Source: an uncultured Sphaerobacteraceae bacterium (lineage in GTDB: Bacteria; Chloroflexota; Chloroflexia; Thermomicrobiales; UBA6265). From it: 64,000 bases of DNA. The DNA is taken from NCBI GenBank assembly GCA_964526965.1, contig CAZGML010000006.1:9814-73813 (forward strand). Reading direction: 5' to 3'. Below the pieces are notes generated by a model. That model was given only the letters and a program-made list of their open reading frames with translations, was not told the DNA's origin and ran no database searches. Positions 37,712 to 47,670 of this stretch are shown here, one piece after another. Position numbers and translations under genes: made by a program. Each line of letters starts with the position of its first letter. Within the stretch, counting starts at the first letter, position 1.

Positions 37712-38305
37712 TCAGTGTGTCGAGTTAGCTTCAGGCGATTGTACCCGTAACCAGTCCAGGAACCGTTCGGTCACTTCCTCAATCCGTTCTGGTGAAGGTG
37801 CGGTGCCAAAAAATGCCACTTGCATGAATAATGGCCCCGCCAGCAGCATGATTCCATCAGCCTTACGGATCGAAGGAAGTCGGTTCCAGCCATGCGTATC
37901 GCCCAGGGCCGTATCAAGGTGGCTCATGAGTTCTGCGATGCGGTTTGCGCGCAGCTGGTTTGCGCGGTCATCTGATGCGCTCCTCGAAAGCACGTGCAGG
38001 ATCACCGACCGTCGTTGCGGATCCGCAAGCAGAGTGGTCACCCACTCGAGCCAGGTCAACAGCCGTTCCTCCACTGGCGCATCGGGTTCAGCCGTCAGCA
38101 ATTGGAACGGATTCTCGTCCAACAGTGCGTAGACCATGTCATCGGACGATTTCCAGTGGCGGTAAACCGTGGCGCGACCCACCCCGGCCACCTCGGCGAC
38201 TCGTTGATGGGTCACTGCTTCGGCTCCTTCTGCGAACAGAATCTCGCGCACAGCATCAAGGATTTTCGCGCGGGATCGTGCCGCCCGCGGATCGACATTG
38301 CTCAT
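37712..38305 (-). CDS. TetR family transcriptional regulator
   Basis: N-terminal HTH ..THQRVAEVAGVGRATVYRHWKS... Divergent from the MFS gene. Confidence 0.85.
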   Translation of the reverse strand: MSNVDPRAARSRAKILDAVREILFAEGAEAVTHQRVAEVAGVGRATVYRHWKSSDDMVYALLDENPFQLLTAEPDAPVEERLLTWLEWVTTLLADPQRRSVILHVLSRSASDDRANQLRANRIAELMSHLDTALGDTHGWNRLPSIRKADGIMLLAGPLFMQVAFFGTAPSPERIEEVTERFLDWLRVQSPEANSTH

Positions 38306-38379
38306 TCATGCACTTTCTGTATGCTCCCGGTTCAGGACACTCCCTGTCATTTTACCAATCACTCTGTGATACGATTTGA

Positions 38380-38414
38380 CTCATAGACATCTATGAGATA
38401 AAGTGTCTCATAGA
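38380..38414. promoter_or_regulatory. candidate TetR operator: palindrome CTCATAGA-CA-TCTATGAG plus an extra CTCATAGA half-site
   Basis: Perfect 8+8 palindrome at 38380..38397. The half-site repeats at 38407..38414, just upstream of the MFS start. Confidence 0.55.
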
Positions 38415-38431
38415 AAGAGAGGGCCCTCCTC

Positions 38432-40021
38432 GTGTCCACTTCAGCTATACCCGGCAGGAGTCAAGACTTCATCGGTCAGAGAAAACGCATCCTGGCGTCG
38501 ATGTCTCTGGCGCTCCTGGTAATTGTCGCAACAATTACGTCTATCAACCTGGCACTGCCTGAAATGGCAGTGGATCTTGGAGCGTCGTTCACGCAAGTCA
38601 CCTGGATTGCCGATGCCTACACGGTAAGCATTGCGGCCCTCGTTCTGCCGTTCGGCGCGATTTCAGATCGCGTCGGGCGCAGACGACTTATGGTCGCCGG
38701 ACTGGTTCTCTTCGGAATCATTTCTGCCTTCGCAGTGTTTCAAACGACACCGGGCGGAATCATCATCAGTCGCGCCTTAATGGGTGTGACCGGTGCCATG
38801 ATCATGCCAGGAACCCTGGCTACCATCACCAGTACCTTCCCGGATGAGGAACGGACTCGTGGCGTGGCAACCTGGGCCGGAATTGCCGGGGCAGGCGCAG
38901 TTTTCGGCCTGGTCACCTCCGGGCTGCTGCTGGAAATTTGGAGTTGGAAATCGATTTTTGTGTTCACGACAATTATGGCTGCAATCGCCGCCATCGTCGT
39001 TTGGAGCGGTGCTCCCGAAACAGGCGGGCACCACGTGAAGTTTGATTGGGTCGGATCCATCCTGAGTGCGGTCGGCCTCGGCTCGCTGGTGTGGGGCATC
39101 ATCGATGCCGGTGGAGCATCATGGGGCGACCCGATCGCCCTTGGCGCCATTGGCCTGGGAATCACACTTCTCGCGTTGTGGGTGCTTTACTCATTGCGGG
39201 CGAGTTCGCCACTTCTGGATATGCGCGTGTTTGGGAACAAGCGGTTCACCGTCGGCACCATTACCGTGACATCGCAGTTCCTCGCCCAGTTCGGATTCTT
39301 CTTCATCGCTATGCAGTACCTGCAGCTGGTTCTGGAATACGGCCCTCTCCGTTCAGCGATCAGCATGTTTCCACTGGCGCTGGTGGTGATGCCGCTTTCG
39401 CAAGTAGTACCCAGGGTCATCAAAGTTGTTCCGGTAAGAATTGTCCTCCCGGTCGGGATACTTTTTCTCATGTCCGGTTTGATTGTGCTCTCGACCATGG
39501 ATGTGAATAGTAGCTATCTCCGCTTTGCGGTTGGCCTGATGGTGCTTGGAACTGGAATCGCCCTCACCGCGCCACCGGCCACAACCGCTATTACCGAAGG
39601 CCTCCCGCGAGACAAGCAGGGAACGGCATCTGCTGTGAATGATGTCACTCGCGAGCTCGGTGCCGCCCTGGGTATCGCACTCATAGGGTCGGTGTTCACC
39701 TCCACCTACCGAGGTAGCGTTGCGCCCATTGCCGTGCGCCTACCAGCAGAGGTCGGTGAAACTGTCGAGCGTTCGCCAGCTGCGGGTATGCAGGTTGCCG
39801 AGAGGCTCGGGCCGATGGGCCAGAGCCTGCAGGACGGCGTGATGACCGGATTCATGGAGGGCACCCGGACATCGTTGACTATCGTGGCGGTCTATCTCGG
39901 AATCGTTGCTGTTTGCATGGCCGTGCTCCTGTTCCGCGACGACAAGGAGCGTGCCGCACCACGGGAAGCTACACAGCCTGTCTCGTCGGCAGCGGGCGAA
40001 TCAGGAGTGCCCCGGCGATGA
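38432..40021 (+). CDS. MFS transporter, DHA2 (EmrB/QacA) family
   Basis: 529 aa, about 14 TMS, motifs LPEMAVDLG and GAISDRVGRRRLM. GTG start. Confidence 0.8.
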   Translation: MSTSAIPGRSQDFIGQRKRILASMSLALLVIVATITSINLALPEMAVDLGASFTQVTWIADAYTVSIAALVLPFGAISDRVGRRRLMVAGLVLFGIISAFAVFQTTPGGIIISRALMGVTGAMIMPGTLATITSTFPDEERTRGVATWAGIAGAGAVFGLVTSGLLLEIWSWKSIFVFTTIMAAIAAIVVWSGAPETGGHHVKFDWVGSILSAVGLGSLVWGIIDAGGASWGDPIALGAIGLGITLLALWVLYSLRASSPLLDMRVFGNKRFTVGTITVTSQFLAQFGFFFIAMQYLQLVLEYGPLRSAISMFPLALVVMPLSQVVPRVIKVVPVRIVLPVGILFLMSGLIVLSTMDVNSSYLRFAVGLMVLGTGIALTAPPATTAITEGLPRDKQGTASAVNDVTRELGAALGIALIGSVFTSTYRGSVAPIAVRLPAEVGETVERSPAAGMQVAERLGPMGQSLQDGVMTGFMEGTRTSLTIVAVYLGIVAVCMAVLLFRDDKERAAPREATQPVSSAAGESGVPRR

Positions 40022-41192
40022 TAACCACCCCCAGTATCGCGAACATCAGCGAGAGCGAGATCCCGGCCAGCCACCCGAGCACGATTCCGCCAAGGCTGAT
40101 ATAGACCGTCACCACACCGCTCACGAGGCTAAGCGTGGTAGCGCGCGAACCCTCTGCGATGTGCTCGTTGTAAAGACCGGAGAAGAGCGGAATGGCAACC
40201 TGCACCACGCCCCACTGCACCACAAACAGCACCACCGCCAGCACCGGATTCGTCACAATAGCCATTAACAGGTAGAGGACTCCCGGCACCCCGGTGGCCA
40301 CGAGCATCGCCTTGCGATCTCCCAGCCAGCCGGAGAGCCTCCACGCGTGAATTTGGGTGAAGAATGCGACTCCCGACCCCAGTGCCAAACCGAGTCCGAG
40401 CCAAACAGCCGGCACCTCGCTGACGAGGAAGTATTCCTGGTAGAAGATCAGCAGGTGCGGCATAAACGCGTTGGTGGCGATGTTCAGCACCATCAGGCGT
40501 TGAAGTGGCCGGCTGTGTCGCATCGTGTGCCAGCCGGATCTCAGCAGGTCGAGGCTGCGCAACCGCTCTGCTACGACTTCCCGCGCTGGTTCGCGAATGA
40601 AGAGGGCGAGCATTGCTGCGAAACCAACAAAAATGACATCGAGTTTGAGCGTGAAGCGCATGTTCTCGAACGTCAGCTCGCGTGTAAGTAGGCCACCGAC
40701 GGTAAACGCCACCAGCGATGCGGCCTGCATTGCTCCGCCGAGGAGGCCTTTGGCCTTCTGCATGCCAAGCGTACGATCCTTCTTCGGAAGCGATTCATAA
40801 AGCAGGGCATCTACGGAGCCACTTGCGAAGGCAGCACCCGTGCCGGCTACGAACTGCCCGAAGAGGAACTCCGGATACGTATCGGCGAGGAGCGTGACAA
40901 GCTCACCGAGCGCAGCCATCGCCATGCTGATCTGGTAGCTGCGGCGGTGCCCAAGCCGATCCGCCAGTACGCCGGTGGGTATTTCCATCGCCAGCATGCT
41001 CACCATCAACATGGTTTGCATACCTGCGATCTGGGCGAGGTTGAGTCCTTTCGCCTGCAGGTAGGGCGTCATCACGGGCACGAAGAAATAGAGTTGCCCG
41101 AAGAATGCAACAAGCGCCACCATTTTGGGCGTGGAGAGCGACCCGAGCCGGGTCAACCAGGAGTATGGAGAAAACATGAAGACCTCAGACAC
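39969..41192 (-). CDS. MFS transporter (12-TMS type)
   Basis: 407 aa with GVLADRLGHRRS motif. Its 3' end overlaps the convergent MFS gene by 53 nt. Start is GTG 41192 or ATG 41177. Confidence 0.7.
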   Translation of the reverse strand: MSEVFMFSPYSWLTRLGSLSTPKMVALVAFFGQLYFFVPVMTPYLQAKGLNLAQIAGMQTMLMVSMLAMEIPTGVLADRLGHRRSYQISMAMAALGELVTLLADTYPEFLFGQFVAGTGAAFASGSVDALLYESLPKKDRTLGMQKAKGLLGGAMQAASLVAFTVGGLLTRELTFENMRFTLKLDVIFVGFAAMLALFIREPAREVVAERLRSLDLLRSGWHTMRHSRPLQRLMVLNIATNAFMPHLLIFYQEYFLVSEVPAVWLGLGLALGSGVAFFTQIHAWRLSGWLGDRKAMLVATGVPGVLYLLMAIVTNPVLAVVLFVVQWGVVQVAIPLFSGLYNEHIAEGSRATTLSLVSGVVTVYISLGGIVLGWLAGISLSLMFAILGVVIIAGALLIRPLPTRQAV

Positions 41193-41351
41193 AAGCCGAC
41201 GTGCATCGGCTCAGACACCAGGAATCATCGCGGTGAAACCGCAATGGAAAGTGGGGTTATCTGTCCGTGTCTCCCATGAAGGCCCTCATGCGTGAAACGT
41301 CTACATACGTAACGTGATTGTACCAGCAGCCCATCCCATTGGGGGGTGGGT

Positions 41352-43412
41352 CTACTCCACGAATTTGAACCCGCGCAGGGTCTGTGCGTTGAGCGCGACC
41401 ACAATGGTGCTCAGGCTCATAAGGATGGCCGCCAGCGCCGGAGGCATGTTGATTCCCCACGGGGCGAGAACACCGGCAGCGAGGGGAATTGCCAGAATAT
41501 TGTACCCGCCCGCCCAGGCGAGGTTCTGCAACATCTTGCGATACATCGCCTTGCTCAACCGACGTGTCGCAGGCACGGTGCGTGGATCATCGGAGGCGAG
41601 GATGATTCCGGCTGATTGAATCGCCACATCGGTTCCGGCCCCGATCGCCAAACCGACATCGGCCATCGCGAGCGCGGGTGCATCGTTCACACCGTCGCCC
41701 ACCATCGCAACCACTTCACCATCCTCCTGTCGACCCTTCACGACATTCTGCTTGTGCTCCGGCAAGACTTCCGCCTGGACGACGTCGATGCCAATCTCGC
41801 CAGCCACAGTGTTGGCGACAGCGCTGGCATCACCGGTCATCATCTCGTTGGTAACACCCTCGCTGGAGAGCTCGGCAATGGCTTCTGCGGATTCGGGGCG
41901 AACCGCATCGGCCAGGGCGATTGCTCCCTGAACCTCATTCTCCTTCAGTACATAGAGCAGCGCTGACCCCTGGTTGCGCCAGTCGGTCTGCCACGTTTCA
42001 ACCTCAGCTGGCAGGCTTGCATCGGATTCTTCCAGCACCCTGCTGCCGCCGATCGTCCATTTCGCGCCATTAACCGTTGCACTCACTCCACGGCCAGCTT
42101 TCGCGACGAAATCTTCAGCACCGGGGATCGACAGTGAGCGCTCCTCGGCTGCAGTCCAGATCGCTTCTGCCAGGGGGTGCTCGGAATCGCGTTCGACAGC
42201 TGCAGCCACTGCCAGCAATGTATCCTCATCGCCATCCAGGCTCGCGAGTTCCTGTACCTCGTGCGAGCCCTGCGTGAGGGTGCCGGTTTTGTCCCACAGC
42301 ACTGTTGATACCTCACGCATGCGCTCCAACTGCAAGCGATCGCGAATCAAAACACCGTGCTTTGCACCGATTTCGGTCGTAATCGCTATCACCAGCGGAA
42401 TCGCCAACCCCAGCGCGTGCGGACAGGCAATGACTAGCAGCGTCACCGTGCGCACAATCGCGCTATCCAGGTCTCCCACAACGAGCCACCATACCAGGAA
42501 CGTGATAATCGCCGCCCCGGCGGAGATGTAAAAGAGCAGCGCCGCGAACCTGTCGGCCAGCGCCTGTGTGCGGGATCGGCTCTGCTGCGCTTCGGCGACC
42601 ATCCGCTGGATTCCGGCCAGCACCGTGTCATCGCCGCGAGCATCCACCCGCACGCGGATGGATGATCCACCCACCACAGAACCAGCGATTGCCCGGTCAC
42701 CTTCCATGCGTTCCACAGGCGTGGATTCGCCGGTAATCATCGATTCATTGAGTTCGGCACTGCCCGAATCGATCACACCGTCCGCCGGCACGCTTCCGCC
42801 GGGGCGGACCAGAACGATATCGTCCAATTGCAGTTCGGATACGGGCACCATCTCCGTGGTGTTGTCAGTGACACGCTCCGCTTCATCCGGAACCAGGTCT
42901 GCCAGCGCCTGCAGTGCATTCTGGCTTTCGCCCAACGCACGCATCTCGAACCAATGCCCAAGCAGCATGACGGTGACGAGCAGGGCGAGCTCCCACCAGA
43001 AATCGAGGCCGAGCCAACCGAGCGTCGTTGCCCAACTGGCAACGAACGCAACCGTGATCGCGAGGCTGATAAGCGTCATCATGCCCGGTTGTCGCGATTT
43101 CAGTTCGGAGACCGCACCCTCGATAAAAACACGACCGCCATACACGAAGATGACCGTCCCGAGAACAGGTGCTACCCAATCGGCGCCGGGGAAGGAGGGC
43201 AGGGAGTAGTTGAACCAGTCCTGCACCATGGGTGAGAAGAGCACAACCGGGATTGTAAGGATGAGCGACACCCAAAAGAGTTGACGGAACTCCGCGGCAT
43301 GATCCCCGTGACCGCCATGGCCGTGATGATCGTGCCCATGGTGGGCATGTGCTCCACTTCCAGGATGATCCTCGTGGGCGTCATGTTCGTGATGATGGTG
43401 GTCGTCGGACAA
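41352..43412 (-). CDS. copB: P1B-3-type (CopB-like) copper-translocating P-type ATPase with His-rich N-terminus
   Basis: TM6 CPH motif (IACPHALGL), DKTGTLT, GDGVNDAPAL, and an N-terminal HHHHEHDAHEDH..HHGHDHHGHGGHGDH tract. TTG start after GGGAGAG. Confidence 0.85.
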   Translation of the reverse strand: MSDDHHHHEHDAHEDHPGSGAHAHHGHDHHGHGGHGDHAAEFRQLFWVSLILTIPVVLFSPMVQDWFNYSLPSFPGADWVAPVLGTVIFVYGGRVFIEGAVSELKSRQPGMMTLISLAITVAFVASWATTLGWLGLDFWWELALLVTVMLLGHWFEMRALGESQNALQALADLVPDEAERVTDNTTEMVPVSELQLDDIVLVRPGGSVPADGVIDSGSAELNESMITGESTPVERMEGDRAIAGSVVGGSSIRVRVDARGDDTVLAGIQRMVAEAQQSRSRTQALADRFAALLFYISAGAAIITFLVWWLVVGDLDSAIVRTVTLLVIACPHALGLAIPLVIAITTEIGAKHGVLIRDRLQLERMREVSTVLWDKTGTLTQGSHEVQELASLDGDEDTLLAVAAAVERDSEHPLAEAIWTAAEERSLSIPGAEDFVAKAGRGVSATVNGAKWTIGGSRVLEESDASLPAEVETWQTDWRNQGSALLYVLKENEVQGAIALADAVRPESAEAIAELSSEGVTNEMMTGDASAVANTVAGEIGIDVVQAEVLPEHKQNVVKGRQEDGEVVAMVGDGVNDAPALAMADVGLAIGAGTDVAIQSAGIILASDDPRTVPATRRLSKAMYRKMLQNLAWAGGYNILAIPLAAGVLAPWGINMPPALAAILMSLSTIVVALNAQTLRGFKFVE

Positions 43413-43480
43413 TTATCTCTCCCTCGTCGTAACTCCAGGGGCCATCTCCCTGTCTGTACAGCATAGTCTGGGCCAGAGCA

Positions 43481-43514
43481 CAAAAAAGAGGCCATGGTTC
43501 AAAACCATGGCCTC
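43481..43514 (-). terminator. rho-independent terminator (minus strand)
   Basis: Minus-strand reading is GAGGCCATGG-TTTTGAA-CCATGGCCTC-TTTTTTG, downstream of 43536..43913. Confidence 0.85.
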
Positions 43515-43535
43515 ACTCCGGAGGGATCTGGGAAT

Positions 43536-43913
43536 CTATACGTCGTCTGCGCGGAATCCGCGTGGCCCCTTCGCCGCACTCTCCCGTGCTTCGGAGCTCA
43601 CGAACACCAGCGCACCGATGTCGTTGCCTTCCCAGTGGATGATCGTCTCGTGCTCGGGGTCATTCAGGGCGGATTCCAACTCGGCGTCGGCGTCTACATC
43701 CTCAGATGATGCCACCACATATACCGCTGCCGGCACACGATACGCGCGGCCAAGTACGGCCCCGGAGTCATCCCGGATCAGCTCACCATCAAGTGGATCG
43801 CTCGTTTGCTCCACGTATTGAACTTCACCATCTTCGTCTTCCACCTCTTCGGGGCGGAAGATTTCATCCTTAACCTTGTTGGCGATATACATGCCGATTG
43901 AACGCTGCATCAT
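43536..43913 (-). CDS. hypothetical acidic protein
   Basis: 125-aa ORF followed by a strong terminator. No recognisable motif. Confidence 0.5.
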   Translation of the reverse strand: MMQRSIGMYIANKVKDEIFRPEEVEDEDGEVQYVEQTSDPLDGELIRDDSGAVLGRAYRVPAAVYVVASSEDVDADAELESALNDPEHETIIHWEGNDIGALVFVSSEARESAAKGPRGFRADDV

Positions 43914-43957
43914 GGCTGGCTGCTCCTGAAAGAAAGACCGTTTTGGTTTTCTTTATT

Positions 43958-44707
43958 TTACCCGATATGCATGTATCGAAATGCTTCCGAGTATTCGCCG
44001 GCATCTGCCGGGTGATTCGGGTTCAGGCCGGAATTCCCTTTGGCCCACTCGCGGACGAATTCGAGATCGGCGTCAGCACCAACCTGGGTAACGTGCTTGC
44101 GTAGCGCCTCGATTTTGGTGTCAATGTGGTCGCTGATATCGATCCATGTGTCTGCCTGCTGGGCGGCAAAGAGATAAACCGACGGTACCTCGATCGGCTC
44201 GAGTCCTTCGTCCAGCAGTTCCGGGAATGTTCGTCGGTCCCGGCAACTGGGGAAAACCGCCGCCAGGCTTGCTTCACCGGAGGCGATATGGTCCGGATGG
44301 TTGATGTAGCCATCACCGCTCAACCGCATGGTGGGATCAAAGCACATCAACGCCGTGGGGCGTACCTGACGAATCACGCGGGTGAGCTCCCGGCGGAGAT
44401 CCAGGTTCGGCTCCAGGGTGGCATCGAGCCGACGCAGGAAGATGACATCTTTGACGCCGAGCACTTTGGCGGCTTCCAGCTGTTCCTGCTCGCGCAGGGC
44501 CGAGAGTTCCTCGCCGGAAATGTCCGGATCTTTCGTCCCCTTGTCGCCACTGGTAATGGAGCAATAGTAAATCTCGCTCCCGTTCGCTGCCCATTTGGCG
44601 ATGGTGCCGCCAATGCCGAACTCGGCATCATCGGGATGCGCCTGTACCATCAGCACCCGTTCCGGAACCGTTGTGGCAGGATCGGGATATCGTGGTTCCT
44701 CGCTCAT
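43958..44707 (-). CDS. PIG-L/LmbE family deacetylase
   Basis: ATG at 44707 (AGAGGGA RBS). VLMVQAHPDDAEFGIGGT.. zinc-binding signature (AHPDD). Confidence 0.8.
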   Translation of the reverse strand: MSEEPRYPDPATTVPERVLMVQAHPDDAEFGIGGTIAKWAANGSEIYYCSITSGDKGTKDPDISGEELSALREQEQLEAAKVLGVKDVIFLRRLDATLEPNLDLRRELTRVIRQVRPTALMCFDPTMRLSGDGYINHPDHIASGEASLAAVFPSCRDRRTFPELLDEGLEPIEVPSVYLFAAQQADTWIDISDHIDTKIEALRKHVTQVGADADLEFVREWAKGNSGLNPNHPADAGEYSEAFRYMHIG

Positions 44708-44848
44708 ATGTGGTGTTCCCTCTGTCGTCATTCTGAGTGGCGGCGCAGCCGACATCGAAGAATCTCGATGCAAGGCGGTGTGCTACCAGACTTTCCCCGA
44801 GATGCTTCGCCGTTCGCTACGCTCAGGACTCAGCATGACGTAGAATCG

Positions 44849-45496
44849 CTATCCGTTCAGCACACGCGTCAGGAGCGCAGTGTCGATTTCCTCCAGTGAT
44901 TCTACAGGGTGACGGTTTGGACTGTCTTCTATCGGCTGCGCGCCCGGCGCCACGATTACCTGTGCACCGGAGGCCTCGGCACTGGCAACACCGGCCGGAG
45001 AATCCTCGATGGCGATGCAACGGGCCGGATCAACATCGAGCCGCTCGGCAGCCAGCACGTACGGCTCCGGATCCGGCTTGGGATGGCTTACATCCCCGCC
45101 CGAAACAAGTTCCTGCAGCACGCCATCGCTCGCCTTCACAACCTGGCGCGCCACTGGCTCCCACGCCTGTGTCACGAGCGCACAGGGGATATCGGACTTT
45201 TTCATGCGCATCAGGAAATCCTGCGCACCCGGTAACCAGGGGATGCCTGCGCCAAGGCGCGTGGCAACCTCATCGACCAATGCCGAAAGTACCTCTTCGT
45301 CGCTGAGTGGAACCCCGGCTTGCTTGAGCGCGTCAATTGTCACCATCATCGACCGACCCACCAGTGGTGCTGCATCCTCTGCGGTGAAGGGGATGCCATG
45401 CTTGTGGGCAAGGCCGAGCTTGGCATCTTCCCAGTAGGGCTCGGTGTCGACCAGGGTGCCATCCATATCGATGAGAAGTGCCTGCGGAAGTGTCAT
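44849..45496 (-). CDS. HAD-superfamily hydrolase (beta-phosphoglucomutase-like subfamily IA)
   Basis: DMDGTLVDTE motif I and the C-terminal ..IEDSPAG.. motif. Confidence 0.8.
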   Translation of the reverse strand: MTLPQALLIDMDGTLVDTEPYWEDAKLGLAHKHGIPFTAEDAAPLVGRSMMVTIDALKQAGVPLSDEEVLSALVDEVATRLGAGIPWLPGAQDFLMRMKKSDIPCALVTQAWEPVARQVVKASDGVLQELVSGGDVSHPKPDPEPYVLAAERLDVDPARCIAIEDSPAGVASAEASGAQVIVAPGAQPIEDSPNRHPVESLEEIDTALLTRVLNG

Positions 45497-46176
45497 TCGC
45501 CTACCTCAGCAAGTTCCAGTTGCGCCCCGCTTACGATATCGCGCAGGCGATCGAGCGTGATGTCCGAGAGGTCGACCACCCGGCTACGATTTTTGCCCGG
45601 AGGCACGGGGGCGTGTCCACGAACCACCAGTACGGGCATGCCGGCTGCTTCCGCGCTGAGCGTGCCCGGCAGCGAATCCTCAATGACGATGCAGTTCTCC
45701 GGCTCCACACCCAGCACTTCGGCGGCGTGGGCGAACGGCCACGGATCGGGCTTTGCCACAATCATTTCATCGCCTGTGAGGATGTACTTCACCACGCCTT
45801 CGGGCAGGCCAGCAGCGGTTTTCTCCACCACCTTCCGCCAGGCGTTGCTCACAATGGCGCAGGGGATGTTCTGCTCGACGCATTCGGTGAATAGTTCCTG
45901 CACCCCGGGCATCCAGAGAATGCCTTTTTCGTCCATCAGCTGGTCAACCCGATCGACCAGCCAGTCGACGATCTCCTGCGGCTCCATGGGGACACCAGCT
46001 TCCTGGAGCAGGCGCCCGGTTTCGAGCATGGGGTTCCCGACACAGTTCAGTGCGTCTTCTTCGGTCCAGGTGACATCGAACTTCGCGGTGAGCTCCAGCT
46101 CAGCCTCAATCCAGTAGGGTTCGGTTTCAACGAGGGTTCCATCATGATCCCACAGGATCGCCTTCAGCTCGGCCAC
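45493..46176 (-). CDS. HAD-superfamily hydrolase, tandem paralog
   Basis: DHDGTLVETEPYW and ..IEDSLPG.. motifs. ATGA overlap with the downstream paralog. Confidence 0.8.
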   Translation of the reverse strand: MAELKAILWDHDGTLVETEPYWIEAELELTAKFDVTWTEEDALNCVGNPMLETGRLLQEAGVPMEPQEIVDWLVDRVDQLMDEKGILWMPGVQELFTECVEQNIPCAIVSNAWRKVVEKTAAGLPEGVVKYILTGDEMIVAKPDPWPFAHAAEVLGVEPENCIVIEDSLPGTLSAEAAGMPVLVVRGHAPVPPGKNRSRVVDLSDITLDRLRDIVSGAQLELAEVGE

Positions 46177-46313
46177 ATATACTCCTTTTATCAGCTTTGC
46201 CTTGCATCACCGATGATGCAGGCATACCAACCTCTATTCTAGGCCAGTTAGGATTTCCACCCACGAATAATCAGGTGCTACGCAGTGCACACTTGTGCAG
46301 AACGGAGGTGATA

Positions 46314-47156
46314 ATGGGAACACACGTACTTACCGGCGCGAATGGGGGCATTGGCAACGCAACGCACAGGGAACTTGAGAAGCGCGACCATACCGTTATT
46401 CCCCTCACGCGTTCAGATGCCGATCTTTCATTGATGCACGAGGTGAATCGCCTCGCCGATGAACTGATATCCCGGCACGATTCGCTCGATGGACTGGTGC
46501 TCAACGCTGGCCTGGCCACTCCTGTCTCCGAACTCACCAGCGAAGGGTTTGAAACCACCTTTGCCGTCAATCACCTTGGCGCGTTTCTGCTCGCACACCG
46601 GTTGTTGCCGTTGCTGGAGAGTGGGGAAAAGGGGAGAATCGTTCTCACCGGATCGTCGGATCACATGTCGGTGAGGGAGACGAGTGTTGCGAACATCGCC
46701 ACACGTACCGACCTGAGCTACACCCAGGCCTACGCACACAGTAAGGCTGTGGCCATGGCTGCGATGTTGGAGATGGCGCAGCGCCTGGTTCCGGATGATT
46801 ACGATGAGGGTGCGGATCCAGCGGATCAGCCATCCTTCGTACGCGTTAATGTCGCTGATCCGGGCTGGACCCGTACCGGCCTCACCCGCAACGCGCCGCT
46901 GCCGATTCGTGTGTTGGTAATCGCCGGGCGACCGCTACAGAATCGGCCGAAGCACTCTGCCCGGGTTCTGGCCGACCTTGCCAGCGAGACCGATGATTTT
47001 GGCCGCTATATCGGCCTCAAGGGACGGATGACCACCAGCGTGCTGCTCCGCGATAACGCCTTCCGCAGCGCTGCGTACGACGAATCCGTGCACCTGTTGG
47101 TGGATGGCGGTTTTGCCCAGGAGTCCGATTTCCTCACCGCCCGGATACATTCGTAG
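46314..47156 (+). CDS. short-chain dehydrogenase/reductase
   Basis: ATG at 46314 after GGAGG. TGANGGIG, NAG and YAHSK catalytic motifs. Confidence 0.75.
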   Translation: MGTHVLTGANGGIGNATHRELEKRDHTVIPLTRSDADLSLMHEVNRLADELISRHDSLDGLVLNAGLATPVSELTSEGFETTFAVNHLGAFLLAHRLLPLLESGEKGRIVLTGSSDHMSVRETSVANIATRTDLSYTQAYAHSKAVAMAAMLEMAQRLVPDDYDEGADPADQPSFVRVNVADPGWTRTGLTRNAPLPIRVLVIAGRPLQNRPKHSARVLADLASETDDFGRYIGLKGRMTTSVLLRDNAFRSAAYDESVHLLVDGGFAQESDFLTARIHS

Positions 47157-47206
47157 ACCCTCATTCAGGGCTGGAGTTCGTGCATGCTCGCACCGCCCGA
47201 TTCTTG

Positions 47207-47249
47207 AAAAACGCCAATCCCGGGCACGAGGCCCGGGATTGCGTTTATT
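47207..47249. terminator. bidirectional rho-independent terminator
   Basis: AAAAA..CAATCCCGGGC-ACGAG-GCCCGGGATTG..TTTATT between convergent genes. Confidence 0.8.
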
Positions 47250-47259
47250 CGAACTGCAA

Positions 47260-47670
47260 CTACTTCTTCTCGAAGTCCATTGCGATTGAGTTCATGCAAT
47301 AACGAGCGCCATTGAATTCTGCCGGACCGTCCGGGAAGACGTGTCCCAGATGGCTGTCGCAGCGGGCGCAGCGAACTTCGGTGCGAACCATACCGTGGGA
47401 TCGATCCTCGACATAGGTCACAGCATCCGGAAGGGCCTCGCCAAAGCTCGGCCAGCCGCAGTTATGCTCGAACTTGGTAGAGCTATCGAACAACTGGTTA
47501 CCACATGCGGCGCAGCGGTATGTACCTTCGTCCCACACGGCGTTGTACTCGCCGGTGAACGGGCGCTCGGTACCGGCCTGGCGCAGCACCTGGTACTGTT
47601 CTGGCCCCAGAATTTCTCGCCACTCTTCTTCGCTCTGTGGCAGTTCTCTCAGTTTGCTATCGGTGTTCAT
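47260..47670 (-). CDS. msrB: peptide-methionine (R)-S-oxide reductase
   Basis: Two CxxC pairs ([21 protein letters not shown]) and the catalytic region. GGAGGA RBS. ATG shares 1 nt with the msrA stop. Confidence 0.9.
   Translation of the reverse strand: MNTDSKLRELPQSEEEWREILGPEQYQVLRQAGTERPFTGEYNAVWDEGTYRCAACGNQLFDSSTKFEHNCGWPSFGEALPDAVTYVEDRSHGMVRTEVRCARCDSHLGHVFPDGPAEFNGARYCMNSIAMDFEKK

Noticed and set aside
47215-47241. An additional copy of the GCCCGGGG palindromic repeat family
   Set aside because: The arms (CAATCCCGGGC / GCCCGGGATTG) have the opposite arrangement, and both the GTAG head and the GCA-loop second hairpin are missing. With flanking A and T runs it is better explained as an ordinary bidirectional terminator.
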